Assembly (NCBI GenBank): GCA_964482645.1
Contig: CAYZYQ010000002.1
Location: forward strand, 21,111 to 85,110
Direction of reading: 5' to 3'
Origin: an uncultured Lentisphaeraceae bacterium
Lineage (GTDB): Bacteria > Verrucomicrobiota > Kiritimatiellia > RFP12 > UBA1067
Length of the DNA stretch: 64,000 nucleotides
Translations under genes and position numbers: made by a program
Shown: positions 18,318 to 30,551 of the stretch, piece after piece
Layout: every line of letters begins with the position of its first letter
How positions within the stretch are numbered: the first letter of the stretch is position 1
Notes under the pieces: generated by a model
What the model was told of the DNA's origin: nothing
What the model saw: the letters and a program-made list of their open reading frames with translations, nothing else
Database searches by the model: none

Positions 18318-18958
18318 GGCGTACCCTCGCTGTGCGCCCGCGCGGGGACGCCGTTCGTCATGGCCCGTGTCAACGGCGGACGCGGGCCGTCGGGCACGAG
18401 GCGCGGCAGATGGTAGAGGACGCGATCCCGTTCGTTCCAGGGCAGCCCCTCGACTTTGATGTGGATTTTGTTGAAGGATGTGACGATGCGATCCATCAAA
18501 TCCGGCCGTGACGGGCCAATCGTTCCCCAACCTTGGCAGAATACTTTCAGCAGATTGGGACGTTTGAGTTTTTCATTTTTCCGCAGTTCCATGACGCCGA
18601 TGGACATCCCTGCGAAGAGGGCGGCGCCGCCGCTTACCGACAAGCCGGCGATTTCATGGATGATGTCGTCCCGCTGGCTGCCCAGTCGGCGCGGCGGCAT
18701 GATGAGCCGCACGTGGTCGGCGTAGGCCACAACGGACACGATGTCGTCGTCCATCAAGTCGCCGAGAAAATCGAGCGCGCGCGTCCGCACGTCCGGACCG
18801 GCCAGATGCGAGCAGTCAATGACGATGGCGACGTTCCAGGCTTCGTTCGGCGTCCGATCCGCAACAGACCATTCCCCGTTCGGCCCGATGCCGGGTTGGG
18901 CGCAGACCGACAGTCCGCCCCACGTCGCCACCAGCATGTACAGCATCCGTTTGAACAT
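18314..18958 (-). CDS. exported vWA-like domain protein
   Basis: The signal peptide is MFKRMLYMLVATWGGLSVCAQ. It has a vWA-like layout (VAIVIDCSHLAG..., VSVVAYADHV..., GGAALFAGM), and the MIDAS motif is degenerate (DCSHL instead of DxSxS). It is the first gene of the kinase operon. Confidence 0.55.
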   Translation of the reverse strand: MFKRMLYMLVATWGGLSVCAQPGIGPNGEWSVADRTPNEAWNVAIVIDCSHLAGPDVRTRALDFLGDLMDDDIVSVVAYADHVRLIMPPRRLGSQRDDIIHEIAGLSVSGGAALFAGMSIGVMELRKNEKLKRPNLLKVFCQGWGTIGPSRPDLMDRIVTSFNKIHIKVEGLPWNERDRVLYHLPRLVPDGPRPPLTRAMTNGVPARAHSEGTP

Positions 18959-18969
18959 TTTGTCGTCCC

Positions 18970-20346
18970 CTAGAAGCGTGGTAGTTTCGCCCGCGAATCC
19001 GCCATGCCGCCGGGACGGTTTCGTAATTTCCAGACCTGATCGTGTTCTTCCCGCAGGAAACGGAGGCGTTTCTCGTCGCGCCGGTTGCAGGCCGCGTCCA
19101 CCAGATTCGCCATGTGTACGATCTCCTGCGCCCAGACATTCGGGTACGCGCCACTAGTGAAACGCGCGGCCGCGTGGCGGCAGCCTTCGGCAATGGCGGA
19201 GATTTCCGCGAGCACGGCGTCCGTCAGGCGCGGGTGGCGCGAGTAGGCGCGGTCGTTCGCGAGAATGCGGAAGAGTTCCGTGCCGTTCGCCCGCAACGCG
19301 CCGCCACGCAGGTAGAGCGTACCGAGGCGCAGGAGCGTCCCGCCGAGCGGAACGCCCATCACGCCGTTAAGCGCGTTCTCCAAATCCATCTTCGCGGCGG
19401 ATGCACCCTCGAACGCGAGCGAACCGCCCAGAATCAATCCCGGCAGCGATGCCGCCAACGGCTGCCAGTGTCCGCCGTCGCCCCAGTCCGCCACGAGGAA
19501 ACCCTTGGCGCCAAACAGGCGACCGGCCTTTTCGGCGGCGGACAGATTTTCGCGCATGTTCTCCACGCGCCCCGCGAGCGAGTTCCACGCGCTCGTGCCG
19601 GGGCAGACGTAGAAGTCCAAACCTGCCCGCGCGAATTTCTGCGCCTCATCCATGAACGGGTGGTTGCCTTCATAGCCCCAGTCGAGCGCGATGAGGTCTT
19701 TCGGCAGTTCGGGGACGAGTTCAGGATGTTTCAGAATCACGTCGCCCCAGAACATAGGGCGCTTGCCATACTTCCGTGCACACGCGGCGACTTGCTTCAG
19801 GAAGTCCAGATAGACGCGCCCCTCGCCCTTTTCGCGAACGGCGGCCGCGCTCCGTCCCTCGCCCAACAAGTCGAACGTTTCGTCACAGCCGATATTGAAC
19901 AGGTTGGATGAAAAGTTCGGCAGGAGTTCGGCAAAAAGGCCGTCCACAAACGCGAGTGCGCGCGGATCCGTCGGACAGAGCGTTGTGGGATCTTTCTTGA
20001 ACCCGCCCCATGGTAGGGGGGCGCCGCCGTGCGGCAGTTCCGCGAGGGCGTTGTATTCCGGACGAACAAGCCAGCGTTCGAGATGTCCGAACGAATTTTG
20101 GTTCGGCACGAGGTCGATACCGTGCAGGGCGCAGCAGGCGTCCAGTTCGCGAATTTCAGCTGGCGTCAGCGGTGAGGCGTTTTCCCAGACCGTCCGATGC
20201 GCTGCGTAGGCGAACGTGTGTTCCGTGTAGAGTTGCAACTGGTTGTAGTTGAACTTGGCGAGGATTTCGACGAGCAGTTTCAGAGTGCCCATCGTGGGCA
20301 CCTTGTCGCGACTGATGTCGAGCATGTAGGAACGGACGGCGAACAT
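18970..20346 (-). CDS. GH20-like glycoside hydrolase (beta-N-acetylhexosaminidase family)
   Basis: YMLDISRDKVPTMGTLKLLVEILAKFNYNQLQLYTEHTFAY...PNQNSFGHLERWL resembles the GH20 catalytic TIM barrel. Confidence 0.6.
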   Translation of the reverse strand: MFAVRSYMLDISRDKVPTMGTLKLLVEILAKFNYNQLQLYTEHTFAYAAHRTVWENASPLTPAEIRELDACCALHGIDLVPNQNSFGHLERWLVRPEYNALAELPHGGAPLPWGGFKKDPTTLCPTDPRALAFVDGLFAELLPNFSSNLFNIGCDETFDLLGEGRSAAAVREKGEGRVYLDFLKQVAACARKYGKRPMFWGDVILKHPELVPELPKDLIALDWGYEGNHPFMDEAQKFARAGLDFYVCPGTSAWNSLAGRVENMRENLSAAEKAGRLFGAKGFLVADWGDGGHWQPLAASLPGLILGGSLAFEGASAAKMDLENALNGVMGVPLGGTLLRLGTLYLRGGALRANGTELFRILANDRAYSRHPRLTDAVLAEISAIAEGCRHAAARFTSGAYPNVWAQEIVHMANLVDAACNRRDEKRLRFLREEHDQVWKLRNRPGGMADSRAKLPRF

Positions 20347-20385
20347 GGGCGGTCGGGATGGCGCGTGTGAAAGGTTGCGATGTCT

Positions 20386-21024
20386 CTACCGCCGCGCCAC
20401 GAGGGCGGCAGCGTCCGCCGCGAGTTGGCGGATGCGGGGCCAGTCGTCGTTCGCGAGCGCGTCCTTGGGGACGAGCCACGTGCCGCCGCAGGCGACGATT
20501 TCCGGGACGGCCAGATAGTCGGACACGTTCGAGAGGTTCACGCCGCCCGTTGGCATGAACGTGATGCCCGTGAAGCGGAACGCGCCGAGCAAGTTCTTGA
20601 TCATCTTCACGCCGCCGGCCGCTTCCGCCGGAAAGAACTTGACCATCGGGACGCCCGCCGTGAGCGCCTGCGAAAGTTCACTCGCCGTGGCGATGCCCGG
20701 CACGAACGGCAACCCCGCTTCCTGTGCGGCCGCCACGACCACGGGGTCGAAACCCGGCGCCACGCCGAACTCGGCGCCGGCGGCTTTCGCGTCGCGTACC
20801 ATCTGCGGCGTGAGGAGGGTGCCCGCGCCCAGAATCGCGCCCGGAACGTCCTTCTTGATTGCGGCAATCGCGGGGGCGGCGGCGGCTGTGCGGAACGTCA
20901 CTTCGAGGACGTTCAGGCCACCCGCGACGAGCGCCTGAGCCATGGGTACGGCCTTTGCCACGTCGTCGATGACGATTACGGGGACGACCCCGACTTTCTT
21001 CAGCGTTTCAACTACGTCAATCAT
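20386..21024 (-). CDS. eda: 2-dehydro-3-deoxyphosphogluconate / 4-hydroxy-2-oxoglutarate aldolase
   Basis: ATG 21024 is preceded by AGAGGAGAAAAGAGA. The sequence VVPVIVIDD...LEVTFRT...GAGTLL...GIATASE...VKFFPAEAAGG...MPTGGV is canonical Eda. Confidence 0.85.
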   Translation of the reverse strand: MIDVVETLKKVGVVPVIVIDDVAKAVPMAQALVAGGLNVLEVTFRTAAAAPAIAAIKKDVPGAILGAGTLLTPQMVRDAKAAGAEFGVAPGFDPVVVAAAQEAGLPFVPGIATASELSQALTAGVPMVKFFPAEAAGGVKMIKNLLGAFRFTGITFMPTGGVNLSNVSDYLAVPEIVACGGTWLVPKDALANDDWPRIRQLAADAAALVARR

Positions 21025-21102
21025 TTCTCTTTTCTCCTCTTGAAAAATCGTGTTCTGTAAAATGTTTTGATGCGACAGTGCAACATCGAAATCCACGCTC
21101 AT

Positions 21103-21111
21103 AGTATATCA
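21103..21111 (-). promoter_or_regulatory. extended -10 element TGaTATACT for eda (minus strand); its TGa overlaps the ASCH stop codon
   Basis: The reverse complement of 21103-21111 reads TGATATACT. It lies about 78 nt upstream of the eda ATG. Confidence 0.4.
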
Positions 21112-21564
21112 CAGGAAGCGCGTTTCAATTTCGTTGGACAGATCCGGCGGCAACCGCCACATCCCCACGTTGCCGCGACAGGGAATGGGCGCGGGCAACC
21201 GCCGAACGTTCGAGAGAATCCACCAGTTGGCGTAGCCCTCGTTCCAGATGCGGCATTCGACGGCGAGCGCACCCGTGTCAGGAATGCAACTTGTCGCCGC
21301 ATAATCCATCGTAGCGACAAGGCACCCTGGCCACGACTTCACCTCGTCCCATGTGAGAAGGTGCGCCATAGCCGCCGGATGGCAATGTCCTGCAAGCCAC
21401 GCGACGAGATTGTCGTATTCGGCCTTGCAGAACTTCTTGGATACGCTCATCGCGCACCGCCCCTTCGCTGGAATCGGCAGGGCGCTGCGGTTCTCCACCC
21501 GCTTCAGTCCCGACATGATCAGAACCGCGTATGCACCAGTACAGGTAAAGGCATTGACGATCAT
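21109..21564 (-). CDS. ASCH-domain (PUA-like) protein
   Basis: AYAVLIMSGLKRVENRSALPIPAKGRCAM resembles the ASCH signature (xxG.K..E.R, then a short beta-strand core). 151 aa. It is the last gene of the minus-strand RM island operon. Confidence 0.5.
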   Translation of the reverse strand: MIVNAFTCTGAYAVLIMSGLKRVENRSALPIPAKGRCAMSVSKKFCKAEYDNLVAWLAGHCHPAAMAHLLTWDEVKSWPGCLVATMDYAATSCIPDTGALAVECRIWNEGYANWWILSNVRRLPAPIPCRGNVGMWRLPPDLSNEIETRFL

Positions 21565-21638
21565 TGCAATTTACCCTAAGTAATTTCTGTGCCCGGTGCA
21601 GTCAAACGTGTTGTGTAGGCTATCATTTACCATTGTCA

Positions 21639-21779
21639 TTATCGAAATCGCCTGTCGCATACTCGATACCACCAACCCAAAGAGAACAACCTCTTACGCA
21701 CAAGAATCTTAAGCAAAGTGCCTTTGCCGCGAATCTTACTCATGTAAGCATGGTGCCGCTCTAGGTTGAATGTGTCCAT
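21639..21779 (-). pseudogene. vsr: remnant of a very-short-patch repair endonuclease (vsr) N-terminus
   Basis: My translation gives MDTFNLERHHAYMSKIRGKGTLLKILVRKRLFSLGWWYRVCDRRFR*. The block MSKIR.K.T....LVRK.L.SLG..YRV matches the conserved Vsr N-terminal block. The ORF stops where LPGxPD and the catalytic core should follow. Confidence 0.35.
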
Positions 21780-21790
21780 GTCGAAATATT

Positions 21791-22513
21791 TTATTTCTCA
21801 AATGGGATTTGTCCGCTTCCTCTAATCGAAACGTGATGCCTTGTGCCGCAACCGATGACAACATGATCGTCGAGAGGGATGCCGACAAGATTCCCCGTTT
21901 CAATGAGGCGCTTGGTTTCGGCCAAGTCTTCGTTGCTGGGTGTTGCATCTCCGCTCGGATGTGTGTGTGCTACAATTACGGATGCCGCGCCAAGGCGTAT
22001 CGCCTGACGGAAAATATCTCTGGGATGAAGCGGCGTAGCATCAAGAACTCCTCTGAATACCAATACAGGTTCGCACAAAAGGCGCCCTTGGGTGTCGAGA
22101 TAGAGCGCAAACACGTTTTCCTGCTTCTCGTCGATTCCGACTGATAAAACCTGCCGCACAACATCGTCTGAAGACACGATCACACGTTTGAATGACCGTT
22201 GGGAAGTTCTGACATTGCGCTTTACAAGGGCAAACGCCGCAGCAAGCTGGACGGCGGCAACCTTTCCGACACCGGGAACTTTGGCTGCGACAATCTGCTG
22301 CCATGTCGCATCGACAAGGTTTGCCGCGCTGCCAAAATGCTTGATCAGCCTGTTGGCGAGATCGATTGCGCTCGACCCTTTTTGACCGGTACGGATGAGT
22401 ATCGCCAACAACATCGCGTCCGGCATCTCCCTGACCGGATCAGCCGAACGCATAAACACCTCGCGAGGGCGAGATTCTGGGGGCAAGTCCTTGATTTTGA
22501 GTGTTTCAGCCAT
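21791..22513 (-). CDS. radC: RadC-like JAB/MPN domain protein
   Basis: The N-terminal part reads IKDLPPESRPRE...MPDAMLLAILIRTGQKGSSAIDLANRL. It also contains GVGKVAAVQLAAAFAL, and the JAB motif is VAHTHPSGDATPSNED. Confidence 0.85.
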   Translation of the reverse strand: MAETLKIKDLPPESRPREVFMRSADPVREMPDAMLLAILIRTGQKGSSAIDLANRLIKHFGSAANLVDATWQQIVAAKVPGVGKVAAVQLAAAFALVKRNVRTSQRSFKRVIVSSDDVVRQVLSVGIDEKQENVFALYLDTQGRLLCEPVLVFRGVLDATPLHPRDIFRQAIRLGAASVIVAHTHPSGDATPSNEDLAETKRLIETGNLVGIPLDDHVVIGCGTRHHVSIRGSGQIPFEK

Positions 22514-23618
22514 CGTCCTTCATGCGGGCATAACACGCTTTTACAGTTTTGGAAGGTTTGCCGGCAGCCCTCTTGATATAGATGCCATTATCGGACGGTG
22601 AGTATCTGCACCTTTGCTCAAACACAAAGAATGGTTGTCGAATTGTTGGAGGCTCGGGCGATGGCGTGAAAGAATCAGTTGGGGATGGACTCTTCACGAA
22701 TGGATCTTTTGCATCGGCCCTTATTATCGCTCGCCCGACGAACTCGCCCAGTTTCACGGGCACAGCGTTGCCGATGATTTGTTCCACCTCCGACTTGGCT
22801 CCAACCATCACCCACTCTGCCGGAAATGTTTGAATGAGGCTTCGCTCTTTTGTTGTAAGGGGGCGAAGGTTCTTTGTGGTTACTGGTGCGGCATCGCCGG
22901 GATGCCCAGGATAGCCACTTGGAATCGGGCGATTCACACCTCTTACAGTTGGGCTTGGTTCGTCAATGCTGAAAATACCCCGCCGCGCATAACTGCGGGG
23001 ATGCCGATAATAAAAATCAATGTCGATGGAATTACCGAGATAATCGCGGATTGTCATCGGCTTGTCGGACTGCATTTCCTTGTAAATGTCTGTAAGAGAA
23101 ATCGATGGCTCTTTCAATGAGCCGACAACAACGACGCGCTTTCGTTTTTGAGGCGTCCCACACAATGATGCATCGAGAACCGCGATCGTTAGATGGTATC
23201 CCGCATCTGCAAACAGATTCAATGCTTTTTGGTAGATGTTGGCTTTGATGGCACGGTCAACGTTCTCCATGATAAAAAGTTGCGGTCGTATCTTGCACAC
23301 TATTTGGGCATACGCCGTCGTAAGTTCCGCACGACCACCACTCTCGTCACGTTTGCCCGCAGATGAAAAATCCTGACAGGGCGGTCCACCTACAATCACA
23401 GCCGGTTTCCATTTGCTGATTCGCTCAACAGAGGACTCGACATCCGAGAGATCCTGACGATACGCGGAATGTCCCGTGATGTTCTGATTGTAGAAGTTTA
23501 TGGCGGGCTGCCACCAGTCAAATGCGGCGACGACATCGAAGCCTGCATTTTGCAGTCCTTGCGACAAGCCGCCGCCACCGCAGAATAGATCCACCGTTCT
23601 AAACTTTTTCATCGTCAT
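22506..23618 (-). CDS. DNA (cytosine-5)-methyltransferase (M4)
   Basis: The motifs present are DLFCGGGGLSQG, GGPPCQDFSSAGK, ENVDRA, QKRKRVVVVG, TTKERSLIQTFP and GNAVP. The start is ATG 23618 or 23612, which overlaps the 3' end of the endonuclease gene. Confidence 0.85.
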   Translation of the reverse strand: MTMKKFRTVDLFCGGGGLSQGLQNAGFDVVAAFDWWQPAINFYNQNITGHSAYRQDLSDVESSVERISKWKPAVIVGGPPCQDFSSAGKRDESGGRAELTTAYAQIVCKIRPQLFIMENVDRAIKANIYQKALNLFADAGYHLTIAVLDASLCGTPQKRKRVVVVGSLKEPSISLTDIYKEMQSDKPMTIRDYLGNSIDIDFYYRHPRSYARRGIFSIDEPSPTVRGVNRPIPSGYPGHPGDAAPVTTKNLRPLTTKERSLIQTFPAEWVMVGAKSEVEQIIGNAVPVKLGEFVGRAIIRADAKDPFVKSPSPTDSFTPSPEPPTIRQPFFVFEQRCRYSPSDNGIYIKRAAGKPSKTVKACYARMKDDG

Positions 23619-24687
23619 CGAAAATATCCTTTGAGAAGAAGAGTATTGCGTCAAAACGGCGTTCAGGACTCAAGAACTTATGTCCGCCACCAAGTACGAT
23701 CTTCTTGATTTCGTCTCTTTTGACGATTGGTTTCGTCAGCCTGTCACAGGTCATGAATTGATGTGTCTGCGCTCCACGATAAGCGAATTCCTTGTCACCT
23801 TGATTGCCGAACAGCATGGCATCATAAATAGGAATCTGAAACACTCGCCCTTGTGTCACGAATTCGTACAGGAAACGCACAAGTCTCAATGCGGCCCTTT
23901 GCGGACGAGATATTTCATTTCCCATGTCGAGGCACGATGTATGCATCAAACGCGAAAGTGCGAAATCACTCCACACGAACACATCAAGGCAATTGTCGGC
24001 AAGAACAGGACTTTTACCTTTTGTTTTCCAAACTGGTTGTATCACAAGCGGCTTCTGAATCGCCTCATATTCAAGTAGAAACCTGTCAAGCGCCGCAAAA
24101 ATCGCTTCGCGTTTCGGACGCATCTCATAGACGCTACTCCAGTCACGGATATTACCGCATACCGGCAAGAACAACTTTTTTATGGACTCACACTGCTCTG
24201 CATTCAGCCGTGAGGCGATGCCCAATGCCACATAGCGCATGGTTGCAGAGCGTACAACAATTTCCGAGCCATATTCGCTTTCAGACAGAGACGAAGTCCC
24301 ATTGTCAGGCAATGTTGTCAGCTTTATTTCAAGTGGAGTCAAATACCGACCTGTAGCTTCTTCGGTTATAACTAGATCAATCTTCTCCATTGCCTCATGA
24401 ACAAGCGAACGATAAGGATCAAATGGAACCTCAAATAGAAACTTCAATTTGTCATTTGGCAGACTTGTACCGAAAACCAAGTCAAACGGAATTTCAGATA
24501 TCTGTGGCTTGCCGGCCGTCACTGAAATGTAGTTTGCGGCGTGTTTGGCATCCCTCATGTAACAACATAGCGCGGCTGGAAATGTGTTGTTGAATTGATT
24601 TTTACCCCAACAATCAGGATCGGCAAAGTTCCTATTTGAATTTTTAAGGCCGTACAAGCCAGGCTTTTCGACAGTCGTGTTCATCAT
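23599..24687 (-). CDS. type II restriction endonuclease (N-terminus recalls the HindVP family; unverified)
   Basis: 362 aa, lying immediately upstream of and overlapping M4. The N-terminus PGLYGLKNSNRNFADPDCWGKNQFNNTFPAALCCYM resembles, from memory, HindVP-family endonucleases. AT-richer codon usage. Confidence 0.6.
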   Translation of the reverse strand: MMNTTVEKPGLYGLKNSNRNFADPDCWGKNQFNNTFPAALCCYMRDAKHAANYISVTAGKPQISEIPFDLVFGTSLPNDKLKFLFEVPFDPYRSLVHEAMEKIDLVITEEATGRYLTPLEIKLTTLPDNGTSSLSESEYGSEIVVRSATMRYVALGIASRLNAEQCESIKKLFLPVCGNIRDWSSVYEMRPKREAIFAALDRFLLEYEAIQKPLVIQPVWKTKGKSPVLADNCLDVFVWSDFALSRLMHTSCLDMGNEISRPQRAALRLVRFLYEFVTQGRVFQIPIYDAMLFGNQGDKEFAYRGAQTHQFMTCDRLTKPIVKRDEIKKIVLGGGHKFLSPERRFDAILFFSKDIFDDDEKV

Positions 24688-24913
24688 GTCTTACCTTTCT
24701 TTTGCCGTAGGGATTATGAATTCTGCCATGCCTGTTTCTTGATTATTGAATTCGGTATGGTTCGGACGCCTTATTGCCATTGTCGACACCACAAACATGT
24801 TACCGTTTGGAGCGTCAACACAACCCAATCCGCACGAACGTCGTGCGTATCTGCATCTTACTTCATCCTGTCTCCTTGCTGGCATGGATCCGTCCTATCG
24901 CTTCCAAGCCGCT

Positions 24914-24922
24914 ATTATACCA
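24914..24922 (-). promoter_or_regulatory. extended -10 element TGgTATAAT driving the RM island operon (minus strand)
   Basis: The reverse complement of 24914-24922 reads TGGTATAAT. A leader of about 220 nt follows before the endonuclease ATG (24687). Confidence 0.45.
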
Positions 24923-24971
24923 AAACATTGACATCCGTTCGGCGTGGATTTCCCCTCAATGAACTTTCCTC

Positions 24972-25007
24972 CCGCACCGCCGCATTTATATAAATGCGGC
25001 GGTGCGG
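24972..25007. repeat. 36-bp perfect palindrome CCGCACCGCCGCATTTATA|TAAATGCGGCGGTGCGG
   Basis: Read directly. GC-rich arms flank an AT core. It lies in the divergent region between the RM island promoter and the DUF4349 gene. Confidence 0.9.
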
Positions 25008-25265
25008 AAAAAGCGTGTGAACATCCGCGACTGATGGGAACGACCGTAATAAGGAAACGACCTGTGCTTTTCCATGGACGCCGCCTTTTGCGAATTCCAT
25101 CTCCCGCAGACAGTTAATCGAGCTTCCGAAGTCGTGTCTAAGTTTTCGAAGTCGCGCCTAACCAATGACATCTTGCGTTCGATCTGCGGATTCGCTACAC
25201 TGTGTGACACGGTTCTCGTTCGGTTTGCGAGGAGTTGTCTTCTACAATGATTCAAGGAGGTTTGT

Positions 25266-26180
25266 ATGGAAAAACTGAAGGCTGGGACAGTATTTCGTTT
25301 TGTGCCGATGGCTTTTGCGATGGCCTTGTCGTTTTGCGCCGCGTGTTCGCGTTCTGATGTGGACGCTCCGCGTGTGGAAGTGGCAGACGTATGCTACGCC
25401 GCAGCGCCGGAAGCGAATGAAGTGAAGAATGAGGCCTCCATGGCGTTGGATGTCGCCTCTGCGATGGAGACGGATCGAGCGAACGCGGCGCGGGGGTTCG
25501 TGCAGCAGCTTGTCAGGACGGGAAGTGTTTCCCTAGAGGTTCGCGACATGGATGTTGCGCAACGGGAGATTGGCGCGTGGGCGAAGCGTTTTGGCGGATA
25601 CGTCGAGGAATCGAGTGTCGAGACCACTTCCGGAAGCGTCACCGCGCGTATTCCTACCGCCAGTTTCGAGAAGGCGATGGAGGAGGTGGGGGCTGTCGGG
25701 GACGTGAAGTCGCAGTCTTTGAGCGTCGAGGACGTCTCCGAGCGTTTTTACGACCTGAGGACGCGGCTTGAGACGAAGCGCGTCATGCGCGAACGACTGA
25801 CGAACTATCTTGCGCAGGCGAAGTCCGTCAAGGACATGGTCCAGATAGAGCGCGAGCTGAACTCCGTCGTAAGCGACCTTGAAAGCATGGAAAGGCGGAT
25901 GAAGAGGCTTTCCGCGCAGATAAGCCGATCGACGATTCGCGTGGACTATCGTCTGCCGTATCGCGCCGATCCGCGTGGTGGCAGTTTCAAGTGGCCTGAC
26001 ATCGGCGACAACGCGCGGCGTTTCGCCGTCAACGTCGTGGACTTCATGGTGCTTGCGACGGAATTCATGCTTTACGCTGTCGTCTGCGGTATCCCCGTCC
26101 TGGCCGTGGCGGCGTTCTCCTTTTGGCTGCTCTTCGGCAAGGTCGGTCTTCTGAAGCGGATTTTCAGACGGCTCAAGTGA
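25266..26180 (+). CDS. DUF4349-like lipoprotein
   Basis: The lipobox-like sequence is MALSFCAAC. The central coiled region is ERFYDLRTRLETKRVMRERLTNYL...IERELNSVVSDLESMERRMKRL. Two C-terminal TM helices complete the DUF4349 layout. Confidence 0.6.
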   Translation: MEKLKAGTVFRFVPMAFAMALSFCAACSRSDVDAPRVEVADVCYAAAPEANEVKNEASMALDVASAMETDRANAARGFVQQLVRTGSVSLEVRDMDVAQREIGAWAKRFGGYVEESSVETTSGSVTARIPTASFEKAMEEVGAVGDVKSQSLSVEDVSERFYDLRTRLETKRVMRERLTNYLAQAKSVKDMVQIERELNSVVSDLESMERRMKRLSAQISRSTIRVDYRLPYRADPRGGSFKWPDIGDNARRFAVNVVDFMVLATEFMLYAVVCGIPVLAVAAFSFWLLFGKVGLLKRIFRRLK

Positions 26181-26278
26181 TTCATGCCGGTGGTCGTGGG
26201 CAACGGTGTCGCCGCGGCCTCCAGTCAACGGATGCGTGGCGCGTGGGTAAAATCCGCGGCCATGGAGATGTGTTTTTT

Positions 26279-26287
26279 TGGTATAAT
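26279..26287 (+). promoter_or_regulatory. extended -10 element TGgTATAAT upstream of purL
   Basis: tttttTGgTATAATgcc was read directly. It lies 81 nt upstream of ATG 26369. Confidence 0.4.
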
Positions 26288-26368
26288 GCCGAATTGCGTC
26301 CGAAGTCTCAAAGGAAGAACTGGCACGTCGCGCCGGGACGCACTGATTTAAACTGAAAGGTCTGACTG

Positions 26369-30259
<3,891 letters not shown>

Positions 30260-30272
30260 AAGGGACATTGCG

Positions 30273-30527
30273 ATGGCCGAAACGAAACAGGACGCGAAGG
30301 CGAAGCAGACGTTTGAAACCGCGCTGAAGGCGCTGGAAACGCTCGTCGCCCAGATGGAGTCCGGCACGTTGTCGCTGGACGACATGATGAAGAACTTCGA
30401 GAAAGGGCGCGAGCTCGTGAAGTTCTGCACGGCCGAACTGAACGGCATCCAGCAGCAAATCGAGAAGGTCGTGAACGCGGCCGCCACGCCGCCCGTGACG
30501 GAACCGCTCAATCTCCAGAAGAAATGA
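30273..30527 (+). CDS. xseB: exodeoxyribonuclease VII small subunit
   Basis: ATG 30273 inside ORF 30231..30527. FETALKALETLVAQMESGTLSLDDMMKNFEKGRELVKFC is the XseB pattern. Confidence 0.8.
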   Translation: MAETKQDAKAKQTFETALKALETLVAQMESGTLSLDDMMKNFEKGRELVKFCTAELNGIQQQIEKVVNAAATPPVTEPLNLQKK

Positions 30528-30551
30528 CGTGCCCGAAAGCCGAATCATGAT

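Noticed and set aside
24691-24885. A 64-aa ORF just upstream of the endonuclease as a controller (C) protein.
   Set aside because: The sequence (MPARRQDEVRCRYARRSCGLGCVDAPNG...) has no helix-turn-helix pattern, no RBS and poor coding character. The region is better read as an untranslated leader.
25126-25161. An imperfect direct repeat, CGAAGTCGtGtCTAA / CGAAGTCGcGcCTAA, spaced 20 bp apart upstream of the DUF4349 gene, as a possible operator.
   Set aside because: There are only two short, imperfect copies with no adjacent recognisable promoter, which is within chance expectation. It is recorded but not called.
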